Part shown: in pieces, positions 1-9,492 of the stretch | Layout of the letters: each line of letters begins with the position of its first letter | How positions within the stretch are numbered: the first letter of the stretch is position 1 | IMG/VR virus record: IMGVR_UViG_3300046517_002304 | Span: 62,001 to 126,000 of that record | Length of the DNA: 64,000 nucleotides | Strand: one strand, 5' to 3' | Notes under the pieces: model-generated | Told to the model about the DNA's origin: nothing | Database searches by the model: none | What the model saw: the letters and a program-made list of their open reading frames with translations, nothing else | Position numbers and translations under genes: made by a program

Positions 1-1577
1 TTTAACTTATTTACAGCAAGAAATGCCGCCAGATTTGTTATTCCCACACCTAGAGATCTTCTATTAACGGCAAAATTTTCTGCCGCCTTAACTGGGTATT
101 GCTGATGATCAATAACAGCGTCAAGTAATCGTACGATAATATCGCAAACTGATTCTAGTTCGTCAAAATCTTTTATTTTTAATAAATTAACTGCTGATAG
201 TATGCATACTCCAATTTCTGCATCTGGATCATCTATATGTTTTTGGGGCACTAGAGGCTGGAGAATCTCACAACACAAGTTTGTAACATTGATTTTGTCC
301 TTGAAACTATTGTGTGAATTAGCATGATCAACGTTTAGGGCATAAATTCTCCCAGTTTCCAATCGTTCGCGTACATATGCTTCCATGAACTCTTTTGCCT
401 TGACTTTTTTTCTAAATTGTAAACTTTCGTCTTTTTCGTACTTCTTATACAAATCGTCAAATTCAGGAAGACCAAATGCAGAATAAAGCCCTTTTGCCTC
501 ATGCGGAGAAAATAAGGTAATATAATCATCCGCAATTAATCTTTCATAAAATAATTTACTAAATGAAACGCAGTAGTCTAATTGTCTGACAGAGAATTCA
601 GCAGTTTTAGAATTATTTTTTAGTGTTATCATTTCCATGGATTCGTAGTGCCAGAATGGAAATGTGACGGTTGCGTTTGCTCCTCTAATTCCATTCTGGC
701 TGCATGACTTAACCGTTGCCTCAAAAATTTTAGCGTAAGGTATTACTCCAGTGTGCACTACTTCAGATTTGCGAATGGGAGATCCTATTGGGCGAATTCT
801 CCCAAGATTGATGCCAATCCCCGCTCGTTTACTGGAGTAGTAAGCGACAGACGTTGCCGCACTCATGATTCCTTCCATTGAATCATCAATATCGATTAAG
901 CAGCATGAACTGTACTGCCGAACTAGTGTTCTAACACCAGCCATTATTGGAGTTGGTAAATTAATTTTAAACTTACTGATATAATCATAGCACTTACGGA
1001 CATAATGTAGACGGCAATCTTCTGGATAATTTGCGAATAAAGTCATAGCAATTAATATGTTCGCAAACTGCGGAGTTTCGTGTAATGTTCCGGTAAGTCG
1101 GTCTTGGCACAAATATTTATCGACTAACTGCTGTAGTCCCGCATAAGTGAAATCATAATCCCTATCATGATTTACAAAGCGATTAATTTTATGAATTTCT
1201 GTTTCGGTATACTTTTCTAAAATAAACTTGTCGTAAATTCCCTTATTTACATTTTCTTGAATTTGCTCTAATAATCGGGGAGGTTCTTCGCCGCCCCAAA
1301 CTTCTTTCCTTACCCAGAATAAAAGTAAACGAGCTGCCACATATTGATATGAGGGAGCATCTTCTGATATCAAATTATTCGCTGATCGAATGAGCAAATT
1401 GTGAATTTCTTTAGTCGAAATGCCATCCACTAATTCCAACTTCGCCCCGACCTCAATTTCCGACACAGAAGTATCTGGATAACCATCACACCCCCAACTT
1501 AAAACCTTATGAATTTTCTCAATATCTAACTCTTCCAGCCGCCCATTCCTCTTCCTTACATTAATTTTTCCCGACAT
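1..1577 (-). CDS. nrdA: Ribonucleoside-diphosphate reductase class Ia alpha subunit, 3' end truncated by the window
   Basis: Not in the ORF track. Hand translation from ATG 1577 gives MSGKINVRKRNGRLEELDIEKIHKV (ATP-cone), FKINLPTPIMAGVRT, QYSSCCLID, RAGIGINLGRIR, CSQNGIRGANAT, TNLCVEI, GVCILSAVNL, RRSLGVGITNLA. The frame stays open to base 1. Confidence 0.96.
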   Translation of the reverse strand, partial: MSGKINVRKRNGRLEELDIEKIHKVLSWGCDGYPDTSVSEIEVGAKLELVDGISTKEIHNLLIRSANNLISEDAPSYQYVAARLLLFWVRKEVWGGEEPPRLLEQIQENVNKGIYDKFILEKYTETEIHKINRFVNHDRDYDFTYAGLQQLVDKYLCQDRLTGTLHETPQFANILIAMTLFANYPEDCRLHYVRKCYDYISKFKINLPTPIMAGVRTLVRQYSSCCLIDIDDSMEGIMSAATSVAYYSSKRAGIGINLGRIRPIGSPIRKSEVVHTGVIPYAKIFEATVKSCSQNGIRGANATVTFPFWHYESMEMITLKNNSKTAEFSVRQLDYCVSFSKLFYERLIADDYITLFSPHEAKGLYSAFGLPEFDDLYKKYEKDESLQFRKKVKAKEFMEAYVRERLETGRIYALNVDHANSHNSFKDKINVTNLCCEILQPLVPQKHIDDPDAEIGVCILSAVNLLKIKDFDELESVCDIIVRLLDAVIDHQQYPVKAAENFAVNRRSLGVGITNLAAFLAVNKL

Positions 1578-1681
1578 TTATTCTCAATCCTTCTTATTTT
1601 TAGATAAGGTATGTAAGTATAACATACTCAAATTTTATACTCTTGCCCGACATACATATATCGTGGATTATAGGACAACGC

Positions 1682-2515
1682 ATGAAAACTTTTTTAGAAT
1701 ATTTTCAACTATATGAAGACACATCAAATGATGTGCAGATGGCTTTCGGTGATGCCGAAAGTAAGGTAAAAAGTATATTCGCATACCTACACAAGGTTAT
1801 GATGAATACGTGGGGAAAACAGGCTCCATCGTGGGATGATCAATTAAAAAACAAGGTAATCGGTGAGCTACAAAACGTTATTGACAAGCTTAAAGGAAAA
1901 GTAAATAAAACCGAAGCATGTGATGCCGCAAAAATGGCAGTCAAAGAAAGCATTGTTTTGCTTGAAGGCGGCGCAATTCCAGATTGGATGCAAGGTATGG
2001 TGGGGCAGAATCGCACCGTTACAGTGGACCGTATGTTAAATGCGATGCAGGCCGAAGTAATTAAAATACTGCATAGTTTAAGAGACGAAGTACTAGTTCA
2101 GAAAGTTAGTAATGTTGCCGGTTCAGTTGAGAAAGTTGGCCGCAGAGTTTCTACAAATGCTTCTAAGAATATTCGCAATGTAGGAAAAAGTATTCAAAAT
2201 CAAATTTCGCAAGGCGTTAAAGTTCAGCAGAGCATGAGTGGAGCAGAAAGAAGTACCGCTAAATGGAATCTTGAACTACTTGCTTCCGCTCTACAGTCAA
2301 GGCCGGATATTAAGCTTTATTCTGGTGCATCTGGGACTAGACAGTTAAAGTTTGATCCTGCTGACCCTATACAAATGGCAAGTGTTCTAGACAAGGCTGG
2401 AAAAGAAAGAACATTTAGAATTAAAGTTAACGGAAAATATCATGACTTTGATATTACCCATGAAGGCGAAACAAGTAGGGTAATTGAAATGATTAAAGGT
2501 AACGAAGATGTTTAA
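1682..2515 (+). CDS. Hypothetical helical protein with capsid-targeting-like N-terminus (MKTFLEYFQLYE)
   Basis: ORF-track start is TTG 1643; ATG 1682 gives the N-terminal motif shared with 13 other ORFs. Confidence 0.7.
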   Translation: MKTFLEYFQLYEDTSNDVQMAFGDAESKVKSIFAYLHKVMMNTWGKQAPSWDDQLKNKVIGELQNVIDKLKGKVNKTEACDAAKMAVKESIVLLEGGAIPDWMQGMVGQNRTVTVDRMLNAMQAEVIKILHSLRDEVLVQKVSNVAGSVEKVGRRVSTNASKNIRNVGKSIQNQISQGVKVQQSMSGAERSTAKWNLELLASALQSRPDIKLYSGASGTRQLKFDPADPIQMASVLDKAGKERTFRIKVNGKYHDFDITHEGETSRVIEMIKGNEDV

Positions 2516-2738
2516 GTTATGGTTAACAGAAGATAGCGACATTCGTATATCATGGCTTAGTGGCAACGGCAATACGATTAGAATTGTGTATCCTACTGGC
2601 GTATATGAATACGAAACTGATTATGGTCCAGTGGTTTTAGCTTCTGTTCGTAAGAACAAGTTCAAAACTGGGCAACTGGCCAGCGATCTGAAAAAGATGG
2701 TTGAAAGAGGCCATGCAACAGTTAAGAAAATACAGTAG
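2508..2738 (+). CDS. Small hypothetical protein with capsid-targeting-like N-terminus (MFKLWLTE)
   Basis: 76 aa ORF overlapping the upstream stop; shared N-terminal motif. Confidence 0.65.
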   Translation: MFKLWLTEDSDIRISWLSGNGNTIRIVYPTGVYEYETDYGPVVLASVRKNKFKTGQLASDLKKMVERGHATVKKIQ

Positions 2739-2898
2739 ATTGTTTGATTATTCTGTATTTTATAAACTTATCGTTTTCTATTACACTTACTATTGCTATT
2801 CCGAAGCATTTTCTTAAAATAGGGTTTAAGAGTATTTTTAGTAAAGTCCTGTGAGCTACCGGCTTGCCATCTTCATATATTAGTCCAAGGTTAAGCAT
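2722..2898 (-). CDS. Small hypothetical protein (58 aa, MLNLGLIYEDGKPVAHRTLLKILLNPILRK...)
   Basis: Hand-translated ORF below the track cutoff; fills an otherwise empty gap. Confidence 0.4.
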   Translation of the reverse strand: MLNLGLIYEDGKPVAHRTLLKILLNPILRKCFGIAIVSVIENDKFIKYRIIKQSTVFS

Positions 2899-2907
2899 AT
2901 ATATCGC

Positions 2908-3219
2908 ATGATTCCGTTTAAGTTATTTATAAAAGAGTCTATCTCGGCCCGATTACACGCGGATCAAAAGACATCTGCTAATAAGGAATTAGATCATTTA
3001 TCATCAAAGTTATGGCCTAAAATCCCCTTCCTTATGATAGCCGAAATTTTGGGAAAGTATGAAATATCATTTGATCCTAGAAATATTACTAGGTCATTAG
3101 ATGGAGAAGTTGATTTAGACATACTGTATTCAGGACTTCCAGTTGTTAATTCAAAGTTGGTAATTGTATGGTATCATATGGGGCAAGGTTCATTTAAAAT
3201 TAGATCTTACTTGAAGTGA
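2908..3219 (+). CDS. Putative internal head protein, paralogue of 9174..9491
   Basis: MIPFKLFIKE N-terminus; TATATA-N4-ATG; shares W..IP...I..IL and LY.G.PV.NS.L...WY.M..G with 9174..9491. Confidence 0.7.
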   Translation: MIPFKLFIKESISARLHADQKTSANKELDHLSSKLWPKIPFLMIAEILGKYEISFDPRNITRSLDGEVDLDILYSGLPVVNSKLVIVWYHMGQGSFKIRSYLK

Positions 3220-3234
3220 AAAATAATTTTTGAA

Positions 3235-3396
3235 TTAGCCGTAATAATCTGGATATTGTTTTTTTAGTTCAGCATAGCGATCTGCTTCACGCTTCATCCA
3301 TTCGGGCCATGCTTCTACTTCCTTTTTGACTAAGTCCATTTGTTCTTTAAGCCATCCTGGTTTTAGTCCTTCGTTGTACTTTATTTCACTTCGCAT
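3235..3396 (-). CDS. Small hypothetical protein (53 aa, MRSEIKYNEGLKPGWLKEQM...)
   Basis: Hand-translated; start overlaps the stop of the upstream minus-strand ORF. Confidence 0.55.
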   Translation of the reverse strand: MRSEIKYNEGLKPGWLKEQMDLVKKEVEAWPEWMKREADRYAELKKQYPDYYG

Positions 3397-3637
3397 TCTT
3401 CAAGTCCTCAAAAATTACATCTTCGTAATAAATTCTATGCTCTTGCATGGTAGCATTTTTTAAAGTATGCTTTGCTATAGCCTTACGTTTATTGTCGTAA
3501 TCAATTACCTCTATATTTTTCATTCCCTTCCATAGATTAAGGTCATTGACGGTGACTGGAAGCCAATTTTTATACTTGTCTAGTTCGGGTAAATCAGCAA
3601 CCACAGATTCTACTCCATTTATTTTTATAATCAGCAT
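3386..3637 (-). CDS. Hypothetical protein
   Basis: 83 aa ORF starting 3 nt after the gp46 stop. Confidence 0.55.
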   Translation of the reverse strand: MLIIKINGVESVVADLPELDKYKNWLPVTVNDLNLWKGMKNIEVIDYDNKRKAIAKHTLKNATMQEHRIYYEDVIFEDLKNAK

Positions 3638-3640
3638 ATT

Positions 3641-5599
3641 CTATTCCTCTAATGTACTAAAGCCATCTTTCTTAGCAATAGTTATGGTTTCACAATTTTC
3701 TAATAAATCTAATAAGACTTGGTCGTGAGTGACGACAATTACCTGTCTTTCCGTGGCCAGTTCGCATATTAGCCTATACACTCCCTCAATGCCGTCTTTA
3801 TCAAAGAACGCCCCAACCTCATCTAGCATAACAATACTAGGCGAAGTTCCAGAAGATATTGACATAATATAGCTGAATGCTTGCGATATACTTAGGTCAA
3901 TCCTCTTTTTTTCTCCCCCCGACGTAGCGTTATAAGCAAATGCATCGCCGTCTGGTGGGCACCGTTCAATAACTTCATTTAGGTTATTATCAAATACAAC
4001 TTTTAACTTATCATTAATTAAAAAGTGCAGATAATATGCAATCTTATTATTAAGAGTTGGGATAATATCATCTAGAAGAACCTTTCTAATTCCATCTTCA
4101 CTAAATCCGTCTATCCAGAAATTATAGTAAGTTAACTCTTTGGTCGCGTCATCTATGTTCTGACTAATACCCGCTAGCTTTTTCTGACATTCGCTTAGTT
4201 CATTTCCTATAGTCTTAATAATTGACTTATACGGATTCCCGCCATTTAGCTCATGCTTGATAGAAAAAACTTTATCCTCTAGTGATGATATTTGTTCTTG
4301 GATTAAACGATTTTGATGACTTGTATCAGGCTTTTCTATTGAAATCAATTCTTTGATTCTTTGTTTAATAAGTAAAATTTTACCTTCTGTTGCCTTAACT
4401 TTATTCTTTATTTCTACCTGCATCGCCAATGCTTTTTGAGTATTATTTTTTGCGCCTTGGAACGTTGCTTGGCTTCCAGATAGAGCTATGCCGAGTGAGT
4501 CATTTTCATTTTCTAAGTCTTTTATGCCTTCTTTTTTATGGTTTAGAACCTTTTCGTAATTTTCTTTAGCCACAGTGCCAAAGCATATAGAGCAAGTGGC
4601 CCCTACTTGAAGGTTTTCTAACATATAAGCGTCTTTATTAATCTTTGCAATTTCTTTTCTGTTTCGCTCAATAGATGCTTCAATGGTTTTTACATGATTA
4701 TTGATGTCATTTTCTTTGCCTCTCATAATTTCTAATTTGTCATAAATTGCATTTATAGCAGTTAAACATTTTTCCTTACTGGCTTCGGCATCGGAAAGTA
4801 ATTGGCTATATTCCTTGATTTTTATTTGAGCGTTTTCGTATAACAGAATCTGATTTCCATCATCTGTTTGTAATATCTGCTGCTTCTTATTATCTAATAG
4901 CTTTTCTAATTCACTTAATTCTTGTGTTTTTTTGGTATTCCATATTGATTCTTGGTTAGTAAGTTGAGTTAACTTGTTCTGGTACGACTTTTCATTACCG
5001 AGTAGGTTTTCATAATGAATGCGCTGCTCTTTGATTGATGTGCTTACATTTTTGTATTCTTCCTTACTGATTTCGTAAAATTTATTATACTTGTCCAAAG
5101 CAAGGATGTTTTCTACAATTTTTCTTTTAGTGCTAGGTGGAGCAGAAAGAAAGTCATAGTTATTGTGCTGCCCAAAGCAAGCGATATTAACAAATGCATT
5201 ATAGCTTAATTTTATAATGTTCTCTAAGAGTTCTTGCGTAGCAGGAATACCGCCTAGAGTAAGCTCCTTGTCTTCTTTCCACAGCCTAAGAATATCGGGC
5301 TTTCTAGTTCTTAGAATTTTATAATCATCAAAACACAGTTCAACTTCTAATCCCTTTTTGTTTTTTTTGTTGATTATATCTGAATGAGATAGATTGCGAA
5401 TAGTTTTGCCGTATAAGGCGTAAACGATAGCCTCAAAGATACCGGATTTACACGAACCATTGCTGGTAGGCTCATCTTTGTCTACATCGTAATTTTTACC
5501 CTTTAGCAAGATAATATTACCGTGTTTAGTGAAGTCAACGAAAACAGGCTCTTCTCCGATAGAGAAGAAATTCTTAGCTTTAATAGATTTGATATGCAT
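3641..5599 (-). CDS. gp46: SbcC/Rad50-type recombination endonuclease ATPase subunit (T4 gp46-like)
   Basis: IKSIKAKNFFSIG start, Walker A variant NGSCKS, Q-loop FGQ, coiled coil with CSIC zinc hook, signature SGGEKKR, Walker B MLDE, H-loop VTHD. Confidence 0.95.
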   Translation of the reverse strand: MHIKSIKAKNFFSIGEEPVFVDFTKHGNIILLKGKNYDVDKDEPTSNGSCKSGIFEAIVYALYGKTIRNLSHSDIINKKNKKGLEVELCFDDYKILRTRKPDILRLWKEDKELTLGGIPATQELLENIIKLSYNAFVNIACFGQHNNYDFLSAPPSTKRKIVENILALDKYNKFYEISKEEYKNVSTSIKEQRIHYENLLGNEKSYQNKLTQLTNQESIWNTKKTQELSELEKLLDNKKQQILQTDDGNQILLYENAQIKIKEYSQLLSDAEASKEKCLTAINAIYDKLEIMRGKENDINNHVKTIEASIERNRKEIAKINKDAYMLENLQVGATCSICFGTVAKENYEKVLNHKKEGIKDLENENDSLGIALSGSQATFQGAKNNTQKALAMQVEIKNKVKATEGKILLIKQRIKELISIEKPDTSHQNRLIQEQISSLEDKVFSIKHELNGGNPYKSIIKTIGNELSECQKKLAGISQNIDDATKELTYYNFWIDGFSEDGIRKVLLDDIIPTLNNKIAYYLHFLINDKLKVVFDNNLNEVIERCPPDGDAFAYNATSGGEKKRIDLSISQAFSYIMSISSGTSPSIVMLDEVGAFFDKDGIEGVYRLICELATERQVIVVTHDQVLLDLLENCETITIAKKDGFSTLEE

Positions 5600-5635
5600 A
5601 CACTTATTATATCGCCAAAAAACGATATATAACTT

Positions 5636-5923
5636 ATGGACTTTTACAAGTTTCTTAGTTTAATAGAGGCTCCTGCTCCCATGCCTCCAGCAGGTGGCGC
5701 ACCTGGGCCAATGCCTAATGCTGGACCAATGCCAGCCGCTCCACCAGGTCAGCCACCGCAAGCAGGAGCACCCCCACCAGAGCCACCAGGACCGCCAGGC
5801 ACAGAGCCACCACCAGATGGGCAAGATCAGCCAGTTCCTGATGTAGAAGTGCCTACAATGGACGCCTGGAGCGTTTTAGACAAGTTTGTTAAAAATAGCA
5901 AGGGTAAGAAAGCTAAGCCATGA
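5636..5923 (+). CDS. Pro/Gly/Ala-rich protein with capsid-targeting-like N-terminus and basic tail
   Basis: MDFYKFLSLIE, APAPMPPAGG..., C-terminus KSKGKKAKP; TATATA-N4-ATG. Confidence 0.7.
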   Translation: MDFYKFLSLIEAPAPMPPAGGAPGPMPNAGPMPAAPPGQPPQAGAPPPEPPGPPGTEPPPDGQDQPVPDVEVPTMDAWSVLDKFVKNSKGKKAKP

Positions 5924-6774
5924 ACTTTAAGAGCTGGTTATTGACCGAAATGCCTATAACCAAGTTCCAGTTGGCTGGAGATTGGAGTGATAATGCGCCT
6001 ACTAGAAAATTTAAGAGGGCTGACATAGGAATATTGACAAGTTTAAAAGGCGTAGAAAAAATACATAAGAAATGGTCAAATACCAAAGATAATTTTGAAT
6101 TATATTTTGTTAGGTCTAAAGATGCATCAAAATACGAGCAGATAGGCGAAGTTGATCTGCAATGGGTAAAAGATAATTTGGGATTACACTTAGCTCCATC
6201 AGAAGACGCTATTACAGTTATATTTACCGGAAATGTTGGCGGCACAAATGCTATGCCTATGAGCGCTTGGATTATAGCACATCGTGTTGGCCAGGCTCTT
6301 ATGGGAAGAAAGACGACTCATGAAGTTTTTGCAGAGCATTTTGTAGAAAACGTAAAAAGAGATTTCCGGGATATTTTAGAATGTATTTATAACAGAAAAT
6401 ATGACGTAGAAAATACCCGGGATTATTCTGCTCGGAATAGAATGGAACAAAAAATACAAGATGACATAATTTTACTTGCACAATCCGTGGCAACAATGAG
6501 GTCTGCAAGAGAAAAGAAAATTAATACGTTTTATGAATTTTGCTATGAATTAGTAGCACAATATGTTATAACTGGTCACGTCAAATTTAATCCTTTGCCA
6601 AAGGAAGTTTTTACAGGAAGACTTTGGGGTAAAGAGAGATATAAGGCTAGCTCTGGAATAACCGAACAAGACATGGATGGCTGGAATCAACGTCTTAAAA
6701 CTATGTCAAGGGATTATGAATATTATCTTGATCAGACGTTTGGGAGTATGATTGGCAAAATATTTGTGATGTAA
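5920..6774 (+). CDS. Hypothetical protein with capsid-targeting-like N-terminus; degenerate zincin-like WIIAHRVGQA segment
   Basis: MNFKSWLLTE; 284 aa; ATGA overlap with the upstream gene. Confidence 0.7.
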   Translation: MNFKSWLLTEMPITKFQLAGDWSDNAPTRKFKRADIGILTSLKGVEKIHKKWSNTKDNFELYFVRSKDASKYEQIGEVDLQWVKDNLGLHLAPSEDAITVIFTGNVGGTNAMPMSAWIIAHRVGQALMGRKTTHEVFAEHFVENVKRDFRDILECIYNRKYDVENTRDYSARNRMEQKIQDDIILLAQSVATMRSAREKKINTFYEFCYELVAQYVITGHVKFNPLPKEVFTGRLWGKERYKASSGITEQDMDGWNQRLKTMSRDYEYYLDQTFGSMIGKIFVM

Positions 6775-6777
6775 TTT

Positions 6778-7605
6778 TTAATCTCTGTATCGGTCGGCAA
6801 CTCTACTAATTGGCACTTGGAATTCTACTTGCGATTTATAATAATCTTCGGTATTTTTTTCACCAGTTATCATTTCTAAAAACTCAATCCATTTATCCCC
6901 GTTCCAAGAATAAACTCTACCCCAAGAATACTCTGGTTTTTGTAATTCTTGTATTACCTTTTGATTAAACTTGTACCCTTCTTCGCCGTCAAGAATTCCG
7001 AAACTACTATGTTGCATTAAGTCATGTAGGTAATTTAATATTATGTGCTCTACATTTGGCTGTGATTGTCTTTGAAATCTAGTTGATGTTTTATTTCCTG
7101 ATGGGCTGATGTCGGGAACCTTGCCTCTATTTGCTAGATTAATAAATTTCCTAATGGGAATCTCTGCATGGCTTTCTACTGGATATATTACTCCAGTAAT
7201 ATACTTTGGGGGAATGTCGCGCTTTACCATTGTTTGCAAATGACTTTCTCTATCCCATTTTTCTCTATCGTCTACATCTGGTTCTAGCAAAGATGCAGGA
7301 ACTTCTAAAATAAAAATTATTTCTTTTCCACCGAAATTCATTACTGCTTTGTGAGAGTACATGTCAGCTCGGCCAGATGAAAAAGTAAAAAATATTCCAG
7401 GGCTTGTATTTTTATAATTCATTCTTGTCTTGTCAAATTTTAGGCCACCCTGAACAATTTCCCAGAAAAACTTTGTGCTTGTTCCGTGATAAACAACAAT
7501 TTTTTTGTTGCCTAGTGATTTCTTAAATTCAGGCTTATCAAATGGATCATGAACGATTGATAAATCAATCGGAGATTCGGAAACAAGCCATTTTCTAAAA
7601 TTCAT
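6778..7605 (-). CDS. Putative ADP-ribosyltransferase-fold protein with capsid-targeting-like N-terminus
   Basis: MNFRKWLVSE from ATG 7605; VYHGTS...GGL...PGIFFT...ADMYS...FILEV...DIPPKYI pattern typical of ART/PARP-like folds; TAAATA-N5-ATG. Confidence 0.7.
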   Translation of the reverse strand: MNFRKWLVSESPIDLSIVHDPFDKPEFKKSLGNKKIVVYHGTSTKFFWEIVQGGLKFDKTRMNYKNTSPGIFFTFSSGRADMYSHKAVMNFGGKEIIFILEVPASLLEPDVDDREKWDRESHLQTMVKRDIPPKYITGVIYPVESHAEIPIRKFINLANRGKVPDISPSGNKTSTRFQRQSQPNVEHIILNYLHDLMQHSSFGILDGEEGYKFNQKVIQELQKPEYSWGRVYSWNGDKWIEFLEMITGEKNTEDYYKSQVEFQVPISRVADRYRD

Positions 7606-7647
7606 ATAATTATTTACTGTTCCCGGCACGATAAACTAGTACATAAT

Positions 7648-8697
7648 ATGAAACAAGTTTTAATCTTCAGCGATGCTCATATTTCTTTACACAAAGGTTC
7701 TTTGGACAGAATGCAAGACTGTCTGAACGCGCTGGAGTGGGTGTTCACAACCGCTAAGCAAAAAAATATTGACACAGTTATTTTTGTTGGTGATTTGTTT
7801 CAAGACAGGCAGAAAATACAGGTTATAGCATATCAAAAGACATTTGAGATACTTGAAAAACACAAAGACATTAACCTGTATCTTTTAATCGGCAACCACG
7901 ATATGTGGAACTCTGAGAGTAGAGAAATATCTAGTATTTTTCCATTGCGCGCCTTACCAAAGGTAAAAATTATAGATCAGCCGTGTTGTCTTAATATTAA
8001 GGGCGTTAACGTAGACTTTCTTCCATACACCAAGAATCCCAAAGAATGTGTGGAAAATAACTTTAAAGAAAAGTCAGACGTTTTATTCGGCCATTTGGCG
8101 ATTGACGGAGCATACTTAAATACCTTTTATAATACCGTGTCAGAAGTATCTGTTGAATATGAGGGGGATATGGTTAAGGTAGATGTCGGCGTATTTAATG
8201 GTTGGAAGAAAGTTTTACTTGGTCATTACCACGGCGCACAAAAAGTTAATGAGATAGTAGAATACATCGGCTCCCCACTTCAGTTAAACTTTAATGAAGT
8301 GTTTCAGAAGAAACACATTATTGCGATGGACTTGGACAACCTGTTCTGCGAATATATTGAAAACACCTTCTCCCCGCGACACCTAATCGTTAAAGAAAGC
8401 GAAATTGGAAACTATAAGCTAAAAGGTAATTTTGTTAGAATTGAATCTGATAACCTAAGTTCATCTAAAATAATTGATATTAAAAATAGCCTAAGCGGAG
8501 TTGTGTCAACGCTGGAATTTAAAGAAATCAAGTCCAATAAGCACAATGAATTAAAGACAGATCTGGATAAAGCTAAAAAGATATTGTCTGAAGGTGAGAT
8601 TGTTGAGAAGTATATTTCATTAGTAGAGACTAGTCTTGAGAAAGAAAAGCTAATGTTAATCGGCAGACAAATTATTCAAAAAGGAACAAGTAGTTAG
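7648..8697 (+). CDS. gp47: SbcD/Mre11-type metallophosphoesterase nuclease subunit (T4 gp47-like)
   Basis: Motifs FSDAH, GDLF, GNHD, GHL, GHYH, YIGSP in canonical order. Confidence 0.95.
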   Translation: MKQVLIFSDAHISLHKGSLDRMQDCLNALEWVFTTAKQKNIDTVIFVGDLFQDRQKIQVIAYQKTFEILEKHKDINLYLLIGNHDMWNSESREISSIFPLRALPKVKIIDQPCCLNIKGVNVDFLPYTKNPKECVENNFKEKSDVLFGHLAIDGAYLNTFYNTVSEVSVEYEGDMVKVDVGVFNGWKKVLLGHYHGAQKVNEIVEYIGSPLQLNFNEVFQKKHIIAMDLDNLFCEYIENTFSPRHLIVKESEIGNYKLKGNFVRIESDNLSSSKIIDIKNSLSGVVSTLEFKEIKSNKHNELKTDLDKAKKILSEGEIVEKYISLVETSLEKEKLMLIGRQIIQKGTSS

Positions 8698-9140
8698 CTT
8701 TTTGGTCCAGTTTTCTGTTTTGGCGGATTTAACATCGGTAATTTAGCAGGCTCTTTTTCTAGGTTTCTCATAAATGGAACTACTTCTTTAGCAATTTCAG
8801 ATGCTGAAGTTCCAGTAATAGCCTTTGTTCCATGTACCGCGACAGATTTATTGCCGCGATTATAGAGTCCTTTAGAGATTACGAATTTACCAGTTCCTGC
8901 GTGATAAGATAGGATTCCCGCCCATTCTCCGTCGTCAAAGTGTCTAGTGGCAATTATAATTCTTTGTGGCTTCTCATCAAATACCTGTTTAATGTGAAAT
9001 CCTGCCGACTTCAGCGCCGCAGATACATACCCTAGAGTTAACTTGGCATAGCCTTCTAAAACTTCCGGAAGGGCAGTACGGTAATTAATATTGATACTAT
9101 ACCTATTTGAGTCTTCGTTTAAGAATTCGCTAAATTTCAT
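8694..9140 (-). CDS. Hypothetical protein with capsid-targeting-like N-terminus (MKFSEFLNE)
   Basis: 148 aa ORF; basic Pro-rich tail; TATATA-N2-ATG. Confidence 0.7.
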   Translation of the reverse strand: MKFSEFLNEDSNRYSININYRTALPEVLEGYAKLTLGYVSAALKSAGFHIKQVFDEKPQRIIIATRHFDDGEWAGILSYHAGTGKFVISKGLYNRGNKSVAVHGTKAITGTSASEIAKEVVPFMRNLEKEPAKLPMLNPPKQKTGPKS

Positions 9141-9173
9141 TGTATATAATATGTATAACTATAGGATTAAACA

Positions 9174-9491
9174 ATGCAATTTTCTGACTATATTTCCATT
9201 ACAGAAGCAAAAGAAAACAACATACCATCTGGTGTAAAGAAGATTGTAAATGATCAGCTTCATCAGATTGGTACTAAGTATTGGAAGTCTATTCCTATGA
9301 AAGAGATAGATGCTATATTAAAGCAGCAGGGCATCACGTATCAGGACGATGGTTTCTTTTTAACGGGAAGAGATAGTCGGGACAGCTTTGAGCTTATATA
9401 TAATGGTATGCCCGTATCTAACTCTATGCTAATTTTAACTTGGTATAAAATGCCGTCTGGTAATTGGGAAGTTGTCGCATATCTAAGCTAA
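9174..9491 (+). CDS. Putative internal head protein, paralogue of 2908..3219
   Basis: MQFSDYISITE; aligns end to end with 2908..3219; AGGA upstream. Confidence 0.7.
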   Translation: MQFSDYISITEAKENNIPSGVKKIVNDQLHQIGTKYWKSIPMKEIDAILKQQGITYQDDGFFLTGRDSRDSFELIYNGMPVSNSMLILTWYKMPSGNWEVVAYLS

Positions 9492-9492
9492 C

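Noticed and set aside
335-535. 66-aa minus-strand ORF in the track
   Set aside because: Lies out of frame inside nrdA, which the track missed because it is truncated.
1-1577. Intein or intron in nrdA
   Set aside because: The visible 525 codons are continuous and collinear with class Ia NrdA motifs.
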